Below are positions 45,693 through 50,143 of a DNA stretch of 50,143 nucleotides, one piece after another. Source of the stretch: a virus. Lineage: Duplodnaviria; Caudoviricetes. Position 1 is the stretch's first letter. Each line of letters begins with the position of its first letter. Location: the IMG/VR virus record IMGVR_UViG_3300031953_000025, positions 1 through 50,143 of that record. One strand, 5' to 3'. The notes under the pieces were generated by a model, which was not told where the DNA came from, did no database searches, and was given only the letters and a program-made list of their open reading frames with translations. A program made the position numbers and the translations under genes.

Positions 45693-45976
45693 GAGAACGA
45701 CCCGAGGTTGATCACGAGCGAGAGGTGGTCACGCAGGCTCACGATGTCGGCGGCCGTGAGGAATCCCGACGACTGCGGGGTGTTGTAGCGGAAGGTCGTG
45801 ACCTCGGCGCCCCCGTTGCCGTGCGTGTTGAGGCTGACCATGTACTTGCCGCCGGAGCTGAGCCAATCGGGTGAAGTCGCGGCGACCTCGGCCCGTGTTC
45901 TCTGCTGCTGCAATTCGCTGATCTCTGCTTGACGCTTCTTGATCTCGGCGTCGAAGTCTGTAGTCTGGGTGGGCAT
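45689..45976 (-). CDS. Hypothetical protein
   Basis: ORF with GTGA coupling. Confidence 0.55.
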   Translation of the reverse strand: MPTQTTDFDAEIKKRQAEISELQQQRTRAEVAATSPDWLSSGGKYMVSLNTHGNGGAEVTTFRYNTPQSSGFLTAADIVSLRDHLSLVINLGSFS

Positions 45977-46213
45977 TGAATCTCGTTTCTGTGTCGTGGC
46001 CCCCGAGTAGTGATCGGGGGTCTTTCTCGTTGGTGGGTTAGATCGCCGTCATGCTGAGGACGATCTCGATCGCGCCGTTCTCGCGCATGATTGGCTCAGC
46101 GAATACGGCCGCGTCGTCGTAGTTGTTGAATGCGGCAACCGTGGCGCCGTTCACGCGCACCCGATATGGAAGGTCGGTCTGTGGTGCCCTCGGGCTCATG
46201 GCGTCGGGAGGCA

Positions 46214-46522
46214 TCAGCGCACCGTCTCGGCAAGCTCGGCGGCAATCGCGGCATCCTCGGCGCGGGCGATGGCCTCCCGGGCATTCCCGTCAGCGACCCG
46301 AGCACGTGACCGGCCCCAAGTCCGTAGCAGCTTCGACTCGCGGACGTTCTTGGTCACCGTCACCTGGTACGTGGCACCCTTGCTGTCGCGGCGCACCGTG
46401 ACGTGCTCGCTCGTTGCGGCCGGAATCCCGAGGGCGGCGACTCTGCCGATGTTCACCGTGTGCCGGTTTTCGTTCTCGTTCCTGCGGGCGGTCTTGCGGG
46501 GGCTGATCTTCTTGTCGGTCAT
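46214..46522 (-). CDS. Basic hypothetical early protein
   Basis: AAAGGA SD; first gene after the structured leader. Confidence 0.6.
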   Translation of the reverse strand: MTDKKISPRKTARRNENENRHTVNIGRVAALGIPAATSEHVTVRRDSKGATYQVTVTKNVRESKLLRTWGRSRARVADGNAREAIARAEDAAIAAELAETVR

Positions 46523-46878
46523 GCGATGTCCTTTCGTGACATTCGGTGTTGGTTGAGCGCGACGCCGGGGCTCACACCCGAGACAGTCCCTCGAAGGGCG
46601 CGCCGCTTGACTGGGTTATGAGGGCCAGTCCCCTTTGCTGGTCAGGGCTCGAGCCTGACCATCTGGTTTGCAATGCGGTGGCGCGCCGAAATGGCCGCGT
46701 TGATAAAGCACCGTGCGCTGGCAGACACCTAGCTGCCCCGCACGTGAACGACCTGAGTACTTTCCTTGGCGGGGCCTGGCTTCGAATGCCGCTCCCTACT
46801 CGCCGTACTACTTGACTCCGTCTCCCCATTCGTTCTCGGGGCCCGTGTGGCGGAGTAAATATCCTTCTCAGTTCGCTG

Positions 46879-46892
46879 TGTTCAGTTTTCAA
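46879..46892 (-). promoter_or_regulatory. boxA-like antitermination motif TTGAAAACTGAACA
   Basis: Resembles Gram-positive rrn-leader boxA; lies in the early leader downstream of cro. Confidence 0.5.
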
Positions 46893-47162
46893 TGAGGTGC
46901 AGGTGCGCCCAGCCGTGTCGCTCTCGCGGTGGTTCCTGGGGCAATGTCTTGCAGCCGGCATGCGGGCACGCCAGCGGTTGCCCCTCGTGATGAGAGGCCA
47001 GAATGTGAGGTGTTGCGGCCCTACTCAGATGAGGGCGGGGGAGCGGTGGCTGCTGCGGTTATGCCGCGGCCTGCTGCTCGGCGGCATCTTGGGCGATGCG
47101 CGAAAGCATTTGGAAGGCGAGTTCACCGGCGCGGCGGTATGCGGCGTCGGATGGTTCGGCCA

Positions 47163-47381
47163 TTACGCTGCGACCGGATCTAGCCAGGTCATGTAGTCGG
47201 TCCCGAGAGCCGGGCCGATGCGCTTGAGTTCAGCGATGGTGAACAGGTCAACGTTTTGTATCTTCGTGCGAAGAGTCGAGCGGGCAATCCCACAGGCTGA
47301 AGCGAGAGCTCCGTCTGACATGCCAAGGGACTTCTTGACGACGTTGATTACGTCTGGAGCTTGAGGCGGTGTGGATGACAT
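47163..47381 (-). CDS. Cro-like HTH protein
   Basis: SDGALASACGIARSTLRTKI...FTIAELKRIG; divergent from repressor. Confidence 0.8.
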   Translation of the reverse strand: MSSTPPQAPDVINVVKKSLGMSDGALASACGIARSTLRTKIQNVDLFTIAELKRIGPALGTDYMTWLDPVAA

Positions 47382-47500
47382 ATCTGTCACTGTAGTGACG
47401 GATTTGTCACTATGCAAGTCGAGGGATAGACAGGACAAATTTGTCAATCCCCAGATATTGTGAATCGACAAGTGACAGATTTGGTCATACAGTGACTGTT
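47376..47500. promoter_or_regulatory. Immunity switch: divergent promoters and four TGAC-N6/7-GTCA operators
   Basis: Operators 47376-47389, 47396-47409, 47433-47446, 47473-47487; TTGCAT-17-TACAGT (minus) and TCGACA-17-TACAGT (plus). Confidence 0.8.
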
Positions 47501-47743
47501 ATGACACGAATAGATCCCTTGGACCTCGCGGTAACCAAAGTTATCCGCGCGAAGATGTCCACAGTCGAGATGACCAATGAGGAACTCAGTACCAAGACTG
47601 AAATCCACCTCCGCACTGTGATCCGCATCAGGAAAGGCCAGCGCGCCGCCACTATTGGCGAACTGCACGCACTGGCCCGAGCCCTCGGAACTACGGTGTC
47701 ATCGATCGCCCTCGACGCTGAGGCGCTCATCGAAAACGCTTGA
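47501..47743 (+). CDS. XRE-family immunity repressor (HTH only)
   Basis: MTNEELSTKTEIHLRTVIRIRKGQR...LARALG. Confidence 0.8.
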   Translation: MTRIDPLDLAVTKVIRAKMSTVEMTNEELSTKTEIHLRTVIRIRKGQRAATIGELHALARALGTTVSSIALDAEALIENA

Positions 47744-48000
47744 AATGGTTACGCCACAACGCCGAGCTTCATAAACGGCCACACTGACTGCAATGTCAGC
47801 AGGCGTCTCGGGCAAGTTGCTCACTACCCCCGCAGCAGTCGCCGCCATCCTCAGCCGATTCCGAACCGTGTTCACGTACATGTGCATCGTGCCCCCTAAC
47901 TCAATTCATTAGAACATACATCCGACCGGCGACATCCAACTCCCGCGAACATCGGGCCACACCAACCAGGAGACCCATTGACCACCACCGGAACAGCGCT

Positions 48001-48016
48001 AACCATATATATGGTT
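48001..48016. promoter_or_regulatory. Perfect 16-bp palindrome AACCATATATATGGTT, probable operator
   Basis: AT-rich palindrome 50 bp upstream of the second HTH gene. Confidence 0.6.
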
Positions 48017-48065
48017 GAGCCTACCCTTTCGCAGAAGTTGGCAGTCCTGCCGATAGCGTCGAGGG

Positions 48066-48320
48066 GTGTCGAAGGGGAGCAAACCGAAACCCGGCCCAAT
48101 GTCTCTGGCAGTGGCCCCCGTTCTCAACGACGCCTACCTCGAAATGTTCATCAGTCAAAAGCGACTGGGCGAATTGCTCGGCGGTATCCCGCAGCAGACC
48201 GTCTCGCTGTACCTGCGAGGGGAACGTGCCTTGGACATGGACCTGTTCGTGACCATGTGCGATGTGCTCAGCCTCGACCCGATAGTTGTGTTCACGGCCG
48301 CGCTGCGCTCTGTGAAGTAG
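48066..48320 (+). CDS. Second XRE-family HTH regulator
   Basis: ISQKRLGELLGGIPQQTVSLYLRGER; TAGCGT-N6-GTG. Confidence 0.8.
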   Translation: MSKGSKPKPGPMSLAVAPVLNDAYLEMFISQKRLGELLGGIPQQTVSLYLRGERALDMDLFVTMCDVLSLDPIVVFTAALRSVK

Positions 48321-48378
48321 GCCTGCACCTGCACGGCTTGGGAGAAAAGAATCTCGGCGCCGGCGCACGGGGTAAGTC

Positions 48379-49776
48379 ATGAGTGAACGCGCAGTCTTGT
48401 ACCTCCGCCAGTCCGTCGCTCGCGAGGATTCGATCAGCCTGGAACTGCAAGAGCACGAGGGGCGCGCCTATGCCAAGCGCCAAGGCTATGAGATTGTCGC
48501 CGTCGAGGCAGACCCTGGTATCTCCGGGCGAACATGGAACCGGCCCGCGGTGAAGCGTGTAATGGAACTCATTGATTCCAAACAGGCCGAGGTGATCGTC
48601 CTATGGAAGTGGTCGCGGCTGAGTCGATCCCGGCTTGACTGGGCAGTGGCGGCCGATCGTGTGCAGGTCGCCGGCGGCCGCATCGAATCGGCCACTGAAC
48701 CGCTGGACACGACAACATCGACCGGGCGTCTCGCTCGGGGGATGCTCACCGAGTTTGCTGCGTTCGAGTCGGAGCGCATCGGGGACGGTTGGAAGGAATC
48801 GCATGCACGACGCATCCGTCAGGGCCTGCCCATCAACGGGAAGCCGAGATTCGGGTATCAGTATGCTCGCGGGGATTGGTTCACGATCGCCCCGCTAGAA
48901 GGCGCTGTGCTCGCCGAGGCCTTCCGGCGGTACATCGCGGGGGAGTCCGTCTACTCGCTCGTCCAATGGATGAATCACGGACCGACACGACCAGTTGGCG
49001 GCTACGGGGTGAAAGGTGACGGGCTGTGGTCAGACCGGACACTGCGCCGCGTCATGGATTCAGGTTTCGCAGCTGGCTTCATCCGAAACGGCGATGAGCT
49101 GATGCCTGGCGCGCACGAAGCGCTCATCGATCCGAGCGAGTGGGATGCCTACCAGGAGGCCCGCCAGCGCCGCCGTGTCTACCGGAGGGTGGAGCGGTCC
49201 CAATATCTGTTCTCGGGGCTCGTGCGCTGCTCCTGCGGCTCGGCGATGACCGCTGGGCAGTTCGGGGCGCAGCACACAGCAAAGTATCGATGCGTGGCCG
49301 CGAAGGAAAAGCGCACCCATACTGGGGGGTACGTCATGGAATCCACAGTCGAGGCAAACGTGCTCGCCTGGCTCACCGATCGCGAGCTTCGACTCAGCGC
49401 CGAGATTGCAACTGCGAGCAAAACGCCCCGCACGGTCAAGAAGATCGAATCGGTCGACATTGACGCGAAGCTGGCCGTCGTCGCATCACGACTCGACTCA
49501 CTCTCTGAGAGGCTGATCGATTCCGACATTCCGCACGACTCCTATGTGCGATTGCGGGACAAGTACCTCGCCGAGCAACAAGCGCTCCGGCAGGCACGGC
49601 TGACCGTTACAGTGCAGGCCAAGGTCGAGCCGATCCGCGTCATCCCCGTGCTGCTGGAGAACTGGCACCTGGGCAAGGTCGAAGAGAAGCGCGAGATCTT
49701 GCGGGCGCTGATCGATCACGTCGAGGTGTTCCCCGGACATCCGCGCGCTCGCATTGTGGTGCACCCACGCGAATAG
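48379..49776 (+). CDS. int: Large serine integrase
   Basis: YLRQS catalytic Ser, SRLSR, FESERIG, FGY recombinase domain, GLVRCSCG/YRC Zn ribbon, coiled coil. Confidence 0.95.
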   Translation: MSERAVLYLRQSVAREDSISLELQEHEGRAYAKRQGYEIVAVEADPGISGRTWNRPAVKRVMELIDSKQAEVIVLWKWSRLSRSRLDWAVAADRVQVAGGRIESATEPLDTTTSTGRLARGMLTEFAAFESERIGDGWKESHARRIRQGLPINGKPRFGYQYARGDWFTIAPLEGAVLAEAFRRYIAGESVYSLVQWMNHGPTRPVGGYGVKGDGLWSDRTLRRVMDSGFAAGFIRNGDELMPGAHEALIDPSEWDAYQEARQRRRVYRRVERSQYLFSGLVRCSCGSAMTAGQFGAQHTAKYRCVAAKEKRTHTGGYVMESTVEANVLAWLTDRELRLSAEIATASKTPRTVKKIESVDIDAKLAVVASRLDSLSERLIDSDIPHDSYVRLRDKYLAEQQALRQARLTVTVQAKVEPIRVIPVLLENWHLGKVEEKREILRALIDHVEVFPGHPRARIVVHPRE

Positions 49777-49823
49777 GTGGCAACAGGTAGCAGTCACCCT
49801 CATGAATAGTGTCTAATGTCACC
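49776..49823. other. Candidate att site (attP-like 48-bp imperfect palindrome, central CT)
   Basis: 13 of the outer 21 positions are dyad-symmetric; starts at the integrase stop. Confidence 0.55.
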
Positions 49824-50018
49824 ATGTCGAAGACCACAGTACGCACAGCACGTGAGCCAGTGCAGGACGAACTCAAGCGGCTCGACACTCCTGTCGGGTT
49901 CAGAGATGCAGTCGCGGCGCTGCGCATGGTCCGTCTCGACGTCGACGAGCGAGCCGCCATGCGTGAGGTATCGACACGGCGCGAGAACCTCCGGAGGCGG
50001 ACGCTAGGCTCGTGGTAA
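49809..50018 (+). CDS. Small basic hypothetical protein
   Basis: Open frame; start uncertain (49809 or 49824). Confidence 0.45.
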   Translation: MSNVTMSKTTVRTAREPVQDELKRLDTPVGFRDAVAALRMVRLDVDERAAMREVSTRRENLRRRTLGSW

Positions 50019-50034
50019 CACAGGGGGAACCATC

Positions 50035-50143
50035 ATGAAGCTACGCCTTGCCGTATTCGCCGCGACCGTCCTACTGCTCACCGGGTGCTCAGCAACCGGG
50101 GCCGGGGAGACGGGTGCAGCTGATAGCCCCACAGTTGACCCGT
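50035..50143 (+). CDS. Lipoprotein, truncated at the window end
   Basis: MKLRLAVFAATVLLLTGC lipobox; AGGGGG SD. Confidence 0.75.
   Translation, partial: MKLRLAVFAATVLLLTGCSATGAGETGAADSPTVDP

Larger units (their letters stand above)
1..50143. mobile_element. Temperate actinobacterial siphovirus genome/prophage
   Basis: Integration, immunity, replication, packaging, head, tail and lysis modules all present. Confidence 0.95.

Noticed and set aside
46557-46672. tRNA genes
   Set aside because: T-arm-like stems only; no D or anticodon arm, so no cloverleaf
47699-47887. 62-aa minus ORF between the two HTH genes
   Set aside because: Possible but overlaps the repressor 3-prime end and has no recognisable motif

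Overview
Near-complete ~50 kb temperate siphovirus (prophage or free genome) of a high-GC actinobacterium. Protein content and promoter style suggest Microbacteriaceae, which is an inference. Lytic genes run on the minus strand. From right to left they are: serine integrase and a dual XRE immunity region, early/recombination genes (BRO antirepressor, SMC/AAA ATPase, YqaJ-RecT, RusA-like, HNH, initiator and loader, NrdH, SSB), two orphan DNA methyltransferases, late control, terminase-portal-scaffold-capsid, head-tail genes, major tail, frameshifted tail chaperone, tape measure, Dit, minor tails, M23 endolysin, holins and an SGNH esterase. The left end holds a cell-surface modification cassette (acyltransferase-3 plus a Wzy-like membrane protein). 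Most notable observations: (1) the GGGACA iteron block inside the initiator gene recurs with identical spacing at the late promoter/terminator; (2) long structured early and late leaders with boxA-like cores; (3) a 48-bp attP-like palindrome after the integrase, possibly intact; (4) an unannotated 24-aa six-Cys peptide coupled to the lysis genes; (5) an acyl writer/eraser pair whose esterase carries an in-frame TGA; (6) leaderless promoters on most accessory and regulatory genes. All product calls come from motif recognition and synteny. No database searches were run.
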